From positions 7,502,001-7,566,000 of the forward strand of contig NC_042998.1 in the NCBI RefSeq assembly GCF_006345805.1: 64,000 bases of DNA, in the 5' to 3' direction. Shown here piece after piece: positions 1 through 11,520 of the stretch. Made by a program: the position numbers and the translations under genes. Below the pieces are notes generated by a model, which had not been told where the DNA came from, searched no databases, and saw nothing but the letters and a program-made list of their open reading frames with translations. Origin of the DNA: Octopus sinensis (lineage: Eukaryota). How positions within the stretch are numbered: position 1 is the stretch's first letter; each line of letters begins with the position of its first letter.

Positions 1-4
1 TATA

Positions 5-40
<36 letters not shown>

Positions 41-89
41 TATATATGCATATCTATATATATATGCATATTATATATATATATATATA

Positions 90-123
<34 letters not shown>

Positions 124-139
124 TATATATATATATATA

Positions 140-174
<35 letters not shown>

Positions 175-192
175 TATATATATATATATATA

Positions 193-227
<35 letters not shown>

Positions 228-243
228 TATATATATAATATAT
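1..243. repeat. (TA)n/TATATGCA compound microsatellite
   Basis: Directly visible; accounts for the YI-repeat pseudo-ORFs. Confidence 0.97.
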
Positions 244-254
244 ATCCTTAATCC

Positions 255-3200
255 TTAAAAATGTTTTAGCCCGAAGGCGCGGCCATGCTGGGGCACCACC
301 GCTGAATGAGCCACACTAGTTTGTGAATCCCCTCTGATACGTGGCACTTGATCAACAAGGGAGTTCGATGCTGCTGCCCGCATCCGTGTCTCCTGTCGTG
401 AGGTAGGTTCATCTGGGACTCCCAACAAGAAGGGATCCAGTTTAGTTTTAAAGAAACCCACATCCACACCATGTAAGTCTCTCAGGCATTTAGGGAGGAT
501 GTTGAAAAGCTGTGGTCCTCTGAAACCCAAGCTGTTGCAGTATCTGGACCTGTATTTTGATGGTGATGTTGGAATCCTTGGCACCACGCAGCGGCGCCCC
601 GTTCTGCGGTTGGAGTAACTTTGAATGCCAAAGTTTGGGATAAGACCCTCCAGGATTTTCCAGATTATATTATATCTCATATCTCTCCCGCCTCCGCTCC
701 AGGGAGAAGAGGTTTAATACTTCAGTCTTTCCCAGTAGCTGACATTTTGCATTGAGACGATTTTCTTTGTGTAGCTTCTCTGAGTTGCTTCGAGTTCTGC
801 TGTTTGTTTTATATTGTGTGTGACCAAAGTTGGGAGCAGTAGTCCAAGCGGCTGAGGACAAATGTTTTCCATAGGACCATCAGTGTCCCTTCTCTCTTGT
901 TCTGAAAGTTCGGAGAATCCATCCAGCTAGCCGTCTGCATTTTATCACCAGATTAGCAATATGCATTTGGAAATGCATCATTGCTCATGTCAATGCCCAG
1001 GTCACGCACTGATTTTGACTCAGGGATGCAATTCTTCCTGGGCCAGTGTATCCAGTCTTCACACGTCATTTACCTTTGTGTGCCAGTAGCGCAGGGCCTG
1101 GAACTTACCTGCATTACTGCATGTTGTTGTCCTCAGCCCACCTGTATATTGTGTCCAGCTCATGTTGCAGATGCGCAATATTTTCAGGGTTCTGTTTGCG
1201 TGGGAGACCTTTGTGTCATCTGCATAGCTAGCAAGGTGGTCATCGTACAACTGAAGGCATGTCTGAAAGGGCCACTATGAACATCAGTGGCCCCAAGACA
1301 GTGCCCTGTGGGACACCGCTTGTTATTTGCGTTTCCCTGGAGGTGGCTCCATTGCTCACAACTGCCTTTTCTGTCTTTTAGGAAGTTGTGCAGCCACTCT
1401 CCAAGTTTCCCGCCTATGCCGAGACCACGCAGTTTATGACAGATCATACCATGGTCGACTTTATCAAAGCTTTTGCAAAGTCAAGATATATTACATCCAC
1501 ATTTGAGCCATTTAGTAGCTGTTTCAACACCCAGTCATAGTGCTGCAGGAGCTGTGTTAGGCAGCCTCTACCTGGTCGAAATCCATGCTGGGTGTCAGAC
1601 AGTAAGTCATTTTCTTCAAGGAACATGATTAGTTTTCTACGGACTATTCGTTCCATGACTTTGCTGATGTGTGAGGTCAGAGAGATAGGCCTATAATTTT
1701 TAGCATCTGCTCTGCTACCTCCCTTATGGATAGGGCATATTACCCCCTTTCAGTTTGACTGGGAGCTTACCACTTGCAAGAAAGCTCTGAAAAAGAAGCT
1801 GTAGCGGTTTTGCAAGGGCTCGTTTGCACGATTTGAGAAGGATCGCTGGGAATCCATCAGGTCCAGCAGCTGAGTTTGTGTCAATCTCATCAATGGCTAG
1901 TGTGATATCATCTTCTTCGATGTTGATGTACTCAATTTTTGTCTCTTGGCCGCTGGTAAAGTGGCAAAGAATTCTTCTGGGTTGTTACTTGCCTGTGTCC
2001 TAGAGGTGTAGTGAACACACTTGGAACTGTTCGTTCAGTATTTCACTTATCCTCGTGGGATTTCCTGTGAGAGAGCCATCTTTTGGAAGAGAGGTCCTAT
2101 TCTCTGGTGCACTGTGGCTGTCTCTTTGGCAAACTTAAAGAAAGCTTTAGGGTTTGATTTTATATTTTCTATTACCCAAGGCTTCTTTATCTGCTCTTCT
2201 CCTTTTCATGGGACTGATGTAGACTTTTCTCAGTTTCCATTAGCATTCTTTCGAGCCGAGACTTCTCACCACTTTTGGTGTGCTTGCTCAGGCGGTTTGC
2301 AATCCTTGTCCGTCGTCTCATAAGAATCCTCCTTCTCTAGGGATCTGTTTTTATTCTTGTGTGTGCTGGCCCTGCACATTGGGACATATTTGTCGCATAT
2401 GGCTTGTATTATGGACATGAGTGTTTGTGTTTCATTTTATGTCCGGTGTGGAGAGACATTCAGGCCAATCTGTTTGAGGATCTCTTTCTCAATCGACTTC
2501 CAGTTGGCTTTATGAAAGTTTAAGTTGGAGAGATGGTGGGTGCTTCGTATAGGCTGTGTGTCTGCGGGGGCTTTTGTTCCATACATAGACAGCTCTATTA
2601 TGTTGTGATCCGAGATCATTGTCGGCATCACATTAACATTATGGATAATATCCATATTGTTTGTAAAGCAGAGATCCAGTATATTATCTGCCCTTGTTGT
2701 TGCAGAACTATTTGCTCCATGAAAGAGGTATTGTGAGATGGAGCAGGGACTCCACCTGTGCCTGCTGATGGTGTGTCATCCTGGGAGCATCTGCTGCCCC
2801 CCAGGCATTCCACATTGGGGAGGTTAAAGTCACCCATGAAGAATACACTGTTGTGCTGTTCAAGGTTGGTGAGGACTTCTATTTTTGTTAGGCAGTCTTC
2901 AAACATGCCTGAGTGTTTTGGGGCGTCTGGTGGCGATATGTAGTGCATATGACGATATTCAGTTGTCTTATGTGTACAATTTGAGTTTCACATACTGAGT
3001 TTGAATATGACAGCAGGACCTGGGGCGTGAGGTCATCTCGATGTACATTGCAACTCCACCATGGCTCCTCCCTTTTCTATCTGTGCGTATGACTGCATAT
3101 TGCGGCATGTGTATTTCTGCATCACCTATATCGGGTTCAAGATGCGTTTTGTGAGTGCCATGCATATAGCTTGATTGCATGTCACAAGGTCTCTCAGAAT

Positions 3201-3400
3201 GAAATTTTCTTTTTACAGTTTCCGCGCAGCAGCCCTCCTACATTCAGTAGAAATATTTTTGTGGTGTGTGTGTGTGGTGTTGGTGTCTGTGGTGGCCATC
3301 CTGCATCTGTTGGAGGTGGCCTTATGTGGTGGTAGTTCCAGCTTTGTGCTTGTAGCCAGGTCAGCTGCTGAACAATTTTTTGTGCATGCACAAAAAAGAC
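255..3400 (-). pseudogene. ORF2 (APE endonuclease + reverse transcriptase) of LINE copy 1, frameshifted
   Basis: ORF pieces 255-680, 670-861, 1059-1250, 1184-1447, 1444-1656, 2437-2655, 2628-2948, 2968-3180 and 3194-3391 join into one EN-RT protein. Confidence 0.9.
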
Positions 3401-3493
3401 TGCTGTTCAGCTGCCGCCTTTCTCACATCTGGGTGAAGCTGGCCACCTGTTGGTTTCCGCGCACCACATCTGCATACCGTCTTTCAGTAGTGG

Positions 3494-4139
3494 TCAGTGC
3501 GCTTTTTTCCCTTCTTTAACTTTTTGTTTTTGTTTTTGTTCTCCCTGAGGGAGGGACCTCTGTCTCGCGTCCGTGCGGTTTTGGTAGGGCCTCCGATGTG
3601 CAAAGCGACAGTTTGCACCTTCACGCCGTACCAGCAGTCCCCCCTCAGGTAGAATTTGCAGGTGTTTCTTTCCTGCCTTACAGTTTTTGCTGGGGTCCCT
3701 CTGCTTCTCTCTGGACAGGGCTTCCTTTAGCCTTGTTCTGTCACCCTTTACCTCCTGCTTCCCATCATTCCAGGGTGCCTTTCCTTTCTTGCGGCCATCG
3801 CACTCTTTGTGGTCTTCAGTTGTGGTGTTGGAAGCTGGACATGTGTCATCGTTTCCCTTTGTTCCAGGCTTCTCCATTTGGCTCTGATGCTTTCCTCATC
3901 CTTTTGGCCTCCCTGCTGCCGTCACCTCCCAGGATGATGTCCAGGGTGTCCATATGTTGCCTGATTAGAGCGTACGAACGGATAACTTCTCTCTTCTTTC
4001 GCTCTATCTGGGCGGTGGTTCTCGAAAAATTGTTGCTTTTCAGCGCCGCAGCAATAATTTCGTTCGGCGAGTCGTCCTCAGCGATCTTCCAAGCGCGGAC
4101 GAACAATTGCACCTCTCTCGCAGACCAGTTTCTTGCCAT
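3494..4139 (-). pseudogene. ORF1 of LINE copy 1: Myb/SANT-like N-terminus + CCCH zinc finger, frameshifted
   Basis: ORF 3846-4139 ([18 protein letters not shown]...[20 protein letters not shown]) then 3494-3877; the finger at 3596-3660 has a 1-nt deletion in this copy. Confidence 0.7.
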
Positions 4140-4349
4140 TTTCTTCTAGTGAAATATAGGACAGAGAGAGAGATAGAGAAGGAGAGATATGGAGAGGGAG
4201 AAGAGAAAGGAGAAAAGCCAGGGGGGGATAGAGAGAGAGACGAGGGGATTTTCCTGAGAGAAGAGGAAAGAGAGAAAATAAGAGGGAAAAAAGAGAAAGG
4301 TGAGAGAATGGCAGGTCAGCAGGGGGAGAGTGAGCGGGATAGAGGTGTA

Positions 4350-4369
4350 TATATATATATATATATATA

Positions 4370-4408
<39 letters not shown>

Positions 4409-4565
4409 TATGCATTATATATATATATATGTTATAATATATATATTATATATGCATATATATATATATATCTTATCTATATATAGCATATATTATATAT
4501 ATATATGCATATATAATATATATATATATATATATGCATATATATATATATGCATATATATATGC

Positions 4566-4605
<40 letters not shown>

Positions 4606-4665
4606 GCATATATATAATATATATATATATTCATATATATATATATATATAATATATATATATGC

Positions 4666-4697
<32 letters not shown>

Positions 4698-4731
4698 CAT
4701 ATATATATATATATGCATATATATAATATGC

Positions 4732-4770
<39 letters not shown>

Positions 4771-4951
4771 TATATATATGCATATATATATATAGCATAT
4801 ATATATATATGCATATATATATATATGCATATATATTATATATGCATATATATATATATATATATATATATTCATATATATATATATATATATATATGCA
4901 TATATATATATATATATATATATATCTATATATATATATATATGCATATAT
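4350..4951. repeat. (TA)n/TATATGCA compound microsatellite between the two LINE copies
   Basis: Directly visible. Confidence 0.97.
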
Positions 4952-4957
4952 AAATCC

Positions 4958-7900
4958 TTAAATCCTTAAAAATGTTTTAGCCCGAAGGCCGCGGCCATGC
5001 TGGGGCACCACCGCTGAATGAGCCACACTAGTTTGTGAATCCACCTCTGATACGTGGCACTTGATCAACAGGGAGTTCGATGCTGCTGCCCGCATCCGTG
5101 TCTCCTGTCGTGAGGTAGGTTCATCTGGGACTCCCAACAAGAAGGGATCCAGTTTAGTTTTAAAGAAACCCACATCCACACCATGTAAGTCTCTCAGGCA
5201 TTTAGGGAGGATGTTGAAAAGCTGTGGTCCTCTGAACCCAAGCTGTTGCAGTATCTGGACCTGTATTTTGATGGTGATGTTGAATCCTTGGCACCACGCA
5301 GCGGCGCCCTTCTGCGGTTGGAGTAACTTTGAATGTCAAAGTTTGGGATAAGACCCTCCAGGATTTTCCAGATGTATATTACTGCATATCTCTCCCGCCT
5401 CCGCTCCAGGGAGAAGAGGTTTAATACCTTCAGTCTTTCCCAGTAGCTGACATTTTGCATTGAGACGATTTTCTTTGTGTAGCTTCTCTGAGTTGCTTCG
5501 AGTTCTGCTGTTTGTTTTATATTGTGTGGTGACCAAAGTTGGAGCAGTAGTCCAAGCGGCTGAGGACAAATGTTTTCCATAGGACCATCAGTGTCTCCTT
5601 CTCTCTTGTTCTGAAAGTTCGGAGAATCCATCCAGCTAGCCGTCTGCATTTTATCACCAGATTAGCAATATGCATTTGGAAAGATGCATCATTGCTCATG
5701 TCAATGCCCAGGTCACGCACTGATTTTGACTCAGGGATTGCAATTCTTCCTGGGCCAGTGTATCCAGTCTTCACGTCATTTACCTTTGTGTGCCAGTAGC
5801 GCAGGGCCTGAACTTACCTGCATTAAACTGCATGTTGTGTCCTCAGCCCACCTGTATATTGTGTCCAGCCATGTTGCAGATGCGCAATATTTTCAGGGTT
5901 CTGTATTGCGTGGGAGACCTTTGTGTCATCTGCATAGCTAGCAAGGGTGGTCATCGTAGCAACTGAAGGCATGTCTGAAAGGGCCACTATGAACATCAGT
6001 GGCCCCAAGACAGTGCCCTGTGGGACACCGCTTGTTATTTGCGTTTCCCTGGAGGTGGCTCCATTGCTCACAACTGCCTGTTTTCTGTCTTTTAGGAAGT
6101 TGTGCAGCCACTCTCCAAGTTTCCCGCCTATGCCGAGACCACGCAGTTTGTGACAGATCATACCATGGTCGACTTTATCAAAGGCTTTTGCAAAGTCAAG
6201 ATATATTACATCCACATTTGAGCCATTTAGTAGCTGTTTCAACACCCAGTCATAGTGTTGCAGGAGCTGTGTTAGGCAGCCTCTACCTGGTCGAAATCCA
6301 TGCTGGGTGTCAGACAGTAAGTCATTTTCTTCAAGGAACATGATTAGTTTCTTACGGACTATTCGTTCCATGACTTTGCTGATGTGTGAGGTCAGAGAGA
6401 TAGGCCTATAATTTTTAGCATCTGCTCTGCTACCTCCCTTATGGATAGGGCATATTACCCCCCTTTCAGTTTGACTGGGAGCTTACCACTTGCAAGAAAG
6501 CTCTGAAAAAGAAGCTGTAGCGGTTTTGCAAGGGCTCGTTTGCACGATTTGAGAAGGATCGCTGGGAATCCATCAGGTCCAGCAGCTGAGTTTGTGTCAA
6601 TCTCATCAATGGCTAGTGTGATATCATCTTCTTCGATGTTGATGTACTCAATTTTTGTCTCTTTGGCCGCTGGTAAAGTGGCAAAGAATTCTTCTGGGTT
6701 GTTTACTTGCCTGTGTCCTAGAGGTGTAGTTCAGTATTTCACTTATCCTCGTGGGATTTCCTGTGAGAGAGCCATCTTTTTGGAAGAGAGGTCCTATTCT
6801 CTGGTGCACTGTGGCTGTCTCTTTGGCAAACTTAAAGAAAGCTTTAGGGTTTGATTTTATATTTTCTATTACCCACGCTTCTTTATCTGCTCTCTTCCTT
6901 TTCATGGGACTGATGTAGACTTTTCTCAGTTTCCATTAGCATTCTTTCTTGCCGAGACTTCTCACCACTTTTGGTGTGCTTGCTCAGGCGGTTTGCAATC
7001 CTTGTCCGTCGTCTCATAAGAATCCTCCTTTCTCTAGGGATCCTGTTTTTATTCTTGTGTGTGCTGGCCCTGCACATTGGGACATTTTGTCACATATGGC
7101 TTGTATTATGGACATGAAGGTTTGTGTTTCATGTTTATGTCCGGTGTGGAGAGACATTCAGGCCAATCCTGTTTGAGGATCTCTTTCTCAATCGACTTCC
7201 AGTTGGCTTTATGAAAGTTTAAGTTGGAGAGATGGTGGGTGCTTCGTATAGGGGTGTGTCTGCGGGGGCTTTTGTTCCATACATAGACAGCTCTATTATG
7301 TTGTGATCCGAGATCATTGTCGGCATCACATTAACATTATGGATAATATCCATATTGTTTGTAAAGCAGAGATCCAGTATATTGTCTGCCCTTGTTGGTT
7401 GCAGAACTATTTGCTCCATGAAAGAGGTATTTGTGAGATGGAGCAGGGACTCCACCTGTGCCTGCTGATGGTGTGTCATCCCTGGGAGCATCTGCCCCCC
7501 AGGCCATTCCACATTGGGGAGGTTAAAGTCACCCATGAAGAATACACTGTTGTGCTGTTCAAGGTTGGTGAGGACTTCTCTCCTATTTTTGTTAGGCAGT
7601 CTTCAAACATGCCTGAGTGTTTTGGGGCGTCTGGTGGGCGATATGTAGTGCATATGACGATATTCAGTTGTCTATGTGTACAATTTGAGTTTCACATACT
7701 GAGTTTGAATATGACAGCAGGACCTGGGGCTGAGGTCATCTCGGATGTACATTGCAACTCGACCATGCTCCTCCCTTTTCTATCTGTGCGTATGACTGCA
7801 TATTGCGGCATGTGTATTTCTGCATCACCTATATCGGGTTCAAGATGCGTTTCTGTGAGTGCCATGCATATAGCTTGATTGCATGTCACAAGGTCTCTCA

Positions 7901-8100
7901 GGAATGAAATTTTCTTTTACAGTTTCCGCGCAGCAGCCCTCCTACATTCAGTAGAAATATTTTTGTGGTGTGTGTGTTGGTGTTGTGTTGGTGTCGGTGG
8001 TGCCATCCTGCATCTGTTGGAGGTGCCTTATGTGGTGTATTTCCAGCTTTGTGCTTGTAGCCAGGTCAGCTGCTGAACAATTTTTTGTGCCATGCACAAA
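4958..8100 (-). pseudogene. ORF2 (APE + RT) of LINE copy 2, frameshifted
   Basis: ORF 5823-6371 carries YLDFAKAFDKVDH, SGVPQGTVLGP and YADDTK; ORFs 7219-7536 and 7692-7889 carry EN motifs. Confidence 0.9.
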
Positions 8101-8200
8101 AAAGACTGCTGTTCAGCTGCCGCCCTTCTCACATCTGGGTGAAGCTGGCCACCTGTTGGGTTTCCGCGCACCACATCTGCATACCGTCTTTCAGTAGTGG

Positions 8201-8844
8201 TCATGCGCTTTTTTCCCTTCTTTTAACTTTTTGTTTTTGTTCTCCCTGAGGGAGGGACCTCTGTCTCGCGTCCGTGCGGTTTTGGTAGGGCCTCCGATGT
8301 GCAAAGCGACAGTTTGCACCTTCAACGCCGTACCAGCAGTCCCCCCTCAGGTAGAATTTGCAGGTGTTTCTTTCCCTGCCCTTACAGTTTTTGCTGGGGT
8401 CCCTCTGCTTTCTCTGGACAGGGCTTCCTTTAGCCTTGATTCTGTCCCCCTTTACCTCCTGCTTCCCATCAATTCCAGGGTGCCTTTCCTTTCTTGCGCG
8501 CCATCGCACCTCTTTGGTCTTCAGTTGTGGTGTTGGAAGCTGGACATGTGTCATCGTTTCCCTGTGTTCCAGGCTTCTCCATTTGGCTCTGGATGCTTTC
8601 CTCATCCTTTTGGCCCTCCCTGCTGCCGTCACATCCCAGGATGATGTCCAGGGTGTCCACATGTTGCCTGATTAGAGCGTACGAACGGATAACTTCTCTC
8701 TTCTTTCGCTCTATCTGGGCGGTGGTTCTCGAAAAATTGTTGCTTTTCAGCGCCGCAGCAATAATTCGTTCGGCGAGTCGTCCTCAGCGATCTTCCAAGC
8801 GCGACGAACAATTGCACCTCTCTCGCAGACCAGTTTCTTGCCAT
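8201..8844 (-). pseudogene. ORF1 of LINE copy 2 (Myb/SANT-like + intact CCCH finger)
   Basis: CKFYLRGDCWYGVEGANCRFAH (C-x7-C-x8-C-x3-H) at 8297-8362; ATG at 8844. Confidence 0.7.
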
Positions 8845-8869
8845 TTTCTTCTAGTGAAATATAGGAACA

Positions 8870-9730
8870 GAGAGAGAGATAGAGAAGGAGAGATATGGAG
8901 AGGGAGAAGAGAAAGGAAAAAGCCAGGGGGGGATAGAGAGAGAGACGAGGGGATTTTCCTGAGAGAAGAGAGAAAGAGAGAAAATAAGAGGGAAAAAAGA
9001 GAAAGGTGAGAGAATGGCAGGTCAGCAGGGGGAGAGTGAGCGGGATAGAGGTGTAGTAGAAAGGGACAGGGTGGAAAAGTGAGACAAGAGGGTGGACCCT
9101 AGGGGGGGCAGGGAGAAGAAAGGCGGAGAGATAAAATGGAGAGGAAGAGAGAGATGAAATGGAGAGGGAGAGAGAGAGAGTGCAGGATAGAGGTACCAGG
9201 GAGTGAAGTAAAGGGACAGAGAGGGTGGTGTGGAGGAAGGGGACAGAAAGAGAAAAAAGAACAGGGGGGTGGTGAGCCTTAGAGGGAACAGGGAGAGGAA
9301 GGTAGGAAGAAAAAAGGGGGGAAGAGGAAGAGAGGGGGGCGCAACAGAGTGTAGTAAAGGGACAGGGAGGGTGGTGTAGAGAAAGAAATAAGGGGACAGA
9401 AGGGGAAGAGGAAAGGGTTTGACCTGTGAAGGAGCGGAGAGGAAAGAGGCAGAGAGAGGGAGGGGAGTAACAGAGAGAGAGAGAGAGAAAGAGGGCGGTA
9501 TATAGATACAAGAGAGAATGAGTGAAGTTGAGGAACTGAGAGGGGGTGAGGTGAGAAAAGTTGATCTGAGAGAGATGCAGAAAGAGAAACGATTGCAGAG
9601 GGAGAGAGAGGGAGGAGGGGAAGTGAGAGCGGAAATAGAGGGTCTGGTGGATGGGGAGACAGATAAGGTATAAACAGTATGAGAGAGATAGAAATAGAAA
9701 TGTAAGAAAGAGAGGGAGAGATTATAAAGA
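8870..9730. repeat. GA-rich polypurine tract inside the LINE 5' UTR
   Basis: Almost pure A/G on the plus strand, with recurring GTGTAGTA(G)AAAGGGACAGGG motifs. Confidence 0.85.
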
Positions 9731-9975
9731 TAGAATAGCGCGTATTTTTATATCTTTTTAATTATTATTTTCTGTTTGAAAGAACACTAATGATAACAAA
9801 TAATAAAAATGTATGAGAGAGATAGAAATAGAAATGTAAAAAAGAGAAAGAGAGAGTGCGTGGCAGGCACGAAATTATAAAGATTATAAAGATAGAATAC
9901 CGCGTATTTTTATATTTTTATATCTTTTTTGTTTTTTAATTATTTTCTGTTTGAAAGAACACTAATGATAACAAG
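9677..9975. repeat. Imperfect tandem duplication (~135/165 bp) in the LINE 5' UTR
   Basis: GTATGAGAGAGATAGAAATAGAAATGTAA...GAAAGAACACTAATGATAACAA occurs twice. Confidence 0.8.
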
Positions 9976-10525
9976 ATAAATAATATCTTACCTTACCGGC
10001 TGACAGAGAGTACTTACGTGATTCCTTTTTATAAGAAAGGAAGATAGATAGACAAGACAGACCTTTTATATTCCTCCCCAAGCGCACTTTGTAAACAAAA
10101 GGGGTTTGAGTTTCGATTTAGCACATGCACAGTTTCCGATACTTTCTATATTTTCCTAAGCGATTTGGTATTAACAGCAAATTTTTCAGAGGCTTTTTTC
10201 AGAACACCGCAGATATACATCAAAACGAAAATATCCTTCTCAAAAATACTGTGTCTTGTTGATTCACAGACGAAGAATAATTCACTTCACTTCGATTTCG
10301 GGAAGTAACACACGTGCGTTTTAACACGTGTATTCGCGAGTATGTTCTAGTTGCAAATACTACATCAAAAGCGAAAATATTCTCTCAAATACAGTGACTT
10401 GTTGTACTATCATTTATATTCGCTTTTTGCAGACAATTTCTTTCTGATAACATCGATCTCTGGAGGATCTTTAATATTTAGGAGAGACACGTTAACACAC
10501 TTGTTGTTAGTTCAGCGCCATCTTG

Positions 10526-10603
10526 CATATGCATATATATATTATATATATATATATATATATAATATATGCATATATATATATTGCATATATATATATA
10601 TGC
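10526..10603. repeat. TA/TATATGCA microsatellite running into the gap
   Basis: Directly visible. Confidence 0.95.
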
Positions 10604-10703
10604 NNNNNNNNNNNNNNNNNNNNNNNNNNNNNNNNNNNNNNNNNNNNNNNNNNNNNNNNNNNNNNNNNNNNNNNNNNNNNNNNNNNNNNNNNNNNNNNNN
10701 NNN
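10604..10703. other. Assembly gap (100 N)
   Basis: Run of N. Confidence 1.
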
Positions 10704-11070
10704 GAGACGATACAGAGAGTTAAATAGAAGTAAAATAGTAGAGTTCAATATAAGAAGTTATTTTGGAAAAGGAGAGATATAGGAAGTATAAAGGGAAATA
10801 TATGAGAATAAAAATATATGTTGGATGTTATAGTTACAGTTCCATTATCCAAGGAATGTGTTGTGTAGAATGGGTAGAGAGGCGACATACCACGGACAAG
10901 AAGCCTCTTTACTCATTCAACACAGCACATTCCTTGGATAATGGAACTGGAAGTGTAGCATCCTATAAATAACTTTATTCTCATATTTCCCTTTATACTT
11001 CCTTTATCTCTCCTTTCCCCAAATAACTTCTTATATTGAACTCAACTATTTAACTCTCACATATCGTTTC
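10704..11070. repeat. Long imperfect inverted repeat (arms 10704-10883 and 10903-11070)
   Basis: For example GAGTTCAATATAAGAAGTTATTT matches AAATAACTTCTTATATTGAACTC; 19-nt spacer. Confidence 0.9.
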
Positions 11071-11114
11071 TGATGATGAGATATCCTTTATATCCCTGAA
11101 ACAGCTGTTAAGAC
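11066..11114 (+). ncRNA. Degenerate minimal type-I hammerhead ribozyme motif (Penelope-like)
   Basis: CTGATGA-T-GAGATAT/ATATCCC-T-GAAAC-AGCT-GTT-AAGAC; extra base at the cleavage site; same family as 57177-57228. Confidence 0.55.
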
Positions 11115-11179
11115 TACCTTTCTCTTTATAAATGTCTTAGAAATTTCACATGCTTGGCTTTGTTGTCTCCTTTTATTTA

Positions 11180-11210
<31 letters not shown>

Positions 11211-11254
11211 TAGAGGAGGGTTTGTCTTGCAACTCGACATTCACGCCACTGCGA

Positions 11255-11297
11255 TTTCGCCTGAAGATCTAAAATGCGTGAAACTCGAGTCGCGAAG
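11255..11297 (+). ncRNA. Minimal type-I hammerhead ribozyme motif
   Basis: Stem I TTTCGC/GCGAAG; core CTGAAGA and GAAA; stem III AC-TCGA-GT; GUC triplet (cut after 11291); stem II weak. Confidence 0.7.
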
Positions 11298-11391
11298 CAA
11301 CCCTCAGCTTCAGTCTCAATAAAATATTTCTACAATCTGTAATGAGCACTCCATCCTTATTTGTTCTATATAATGCACCGTATGCGCCCCT

Positions 11392-11520
11392 ATATATATA
11401 GGGCACCAAGAAGCACCAACCTTACTAAAAATAGGAGTAAAGAAATACTCCGAAGTCACTCCTATATTTTACTCTTATTTTTAGCAAAGCTGGTGCTTCT
11501 TGGTACCCTTGTTATATATA
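11392..11520. repeat. Short fold-back (MITE-like hairpin)
   Basis: AGGGCACCAAGAAGCACCAACCTTACTAAAAATAGGAGTAAA versus TTTACTCTTATTTTTAGCAAAGCTGGTGCTTCTTGGTACCCT; TA-rich flanks. Confidence 0.8.

Larger units (their letters stand above)
244..4349 (-). mobile_element. CR1-group non-LTR retrotransposon, copy 1 (5'-truncated within the 5' UTR)
   Basis: Minus-strand ORF fragments give an AP-endonuclease (LTETHL, GDFNLP), an RT (YLDFAKA, YADDTK) and a CR1-type C-terminus (LERRRERY..WKILEG); short AAGGAT(T) tail at 244-256; identity to copy 2 stops at GAGGTGTA (~4349). Confidence 0.92.
4952..10525 (-). mobile_element. CR1-group LINE, copy 2, apparently full length (~5.6 kb)
   Basis: (AAGGATTT)2 tail at 4952-4967; ORF2 and ORF1 near-identical to copy 1; long 5' UTR; the putative 5' end reads CAAGATGGCG (10516-10525, minus) and abuts the microsatellite. 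The 5' boundary is inferred. Confidence 0.8.

Noticed and set aside
10305-10350. ACACGTG..CACGTGT hairpin followed by CTAG (Helitron 3' end or ribozyme stem III)
   Set aside because: No matching Helitron 5' end or CUGANGA core found; lies inside the inferred LINE 5' UTR.
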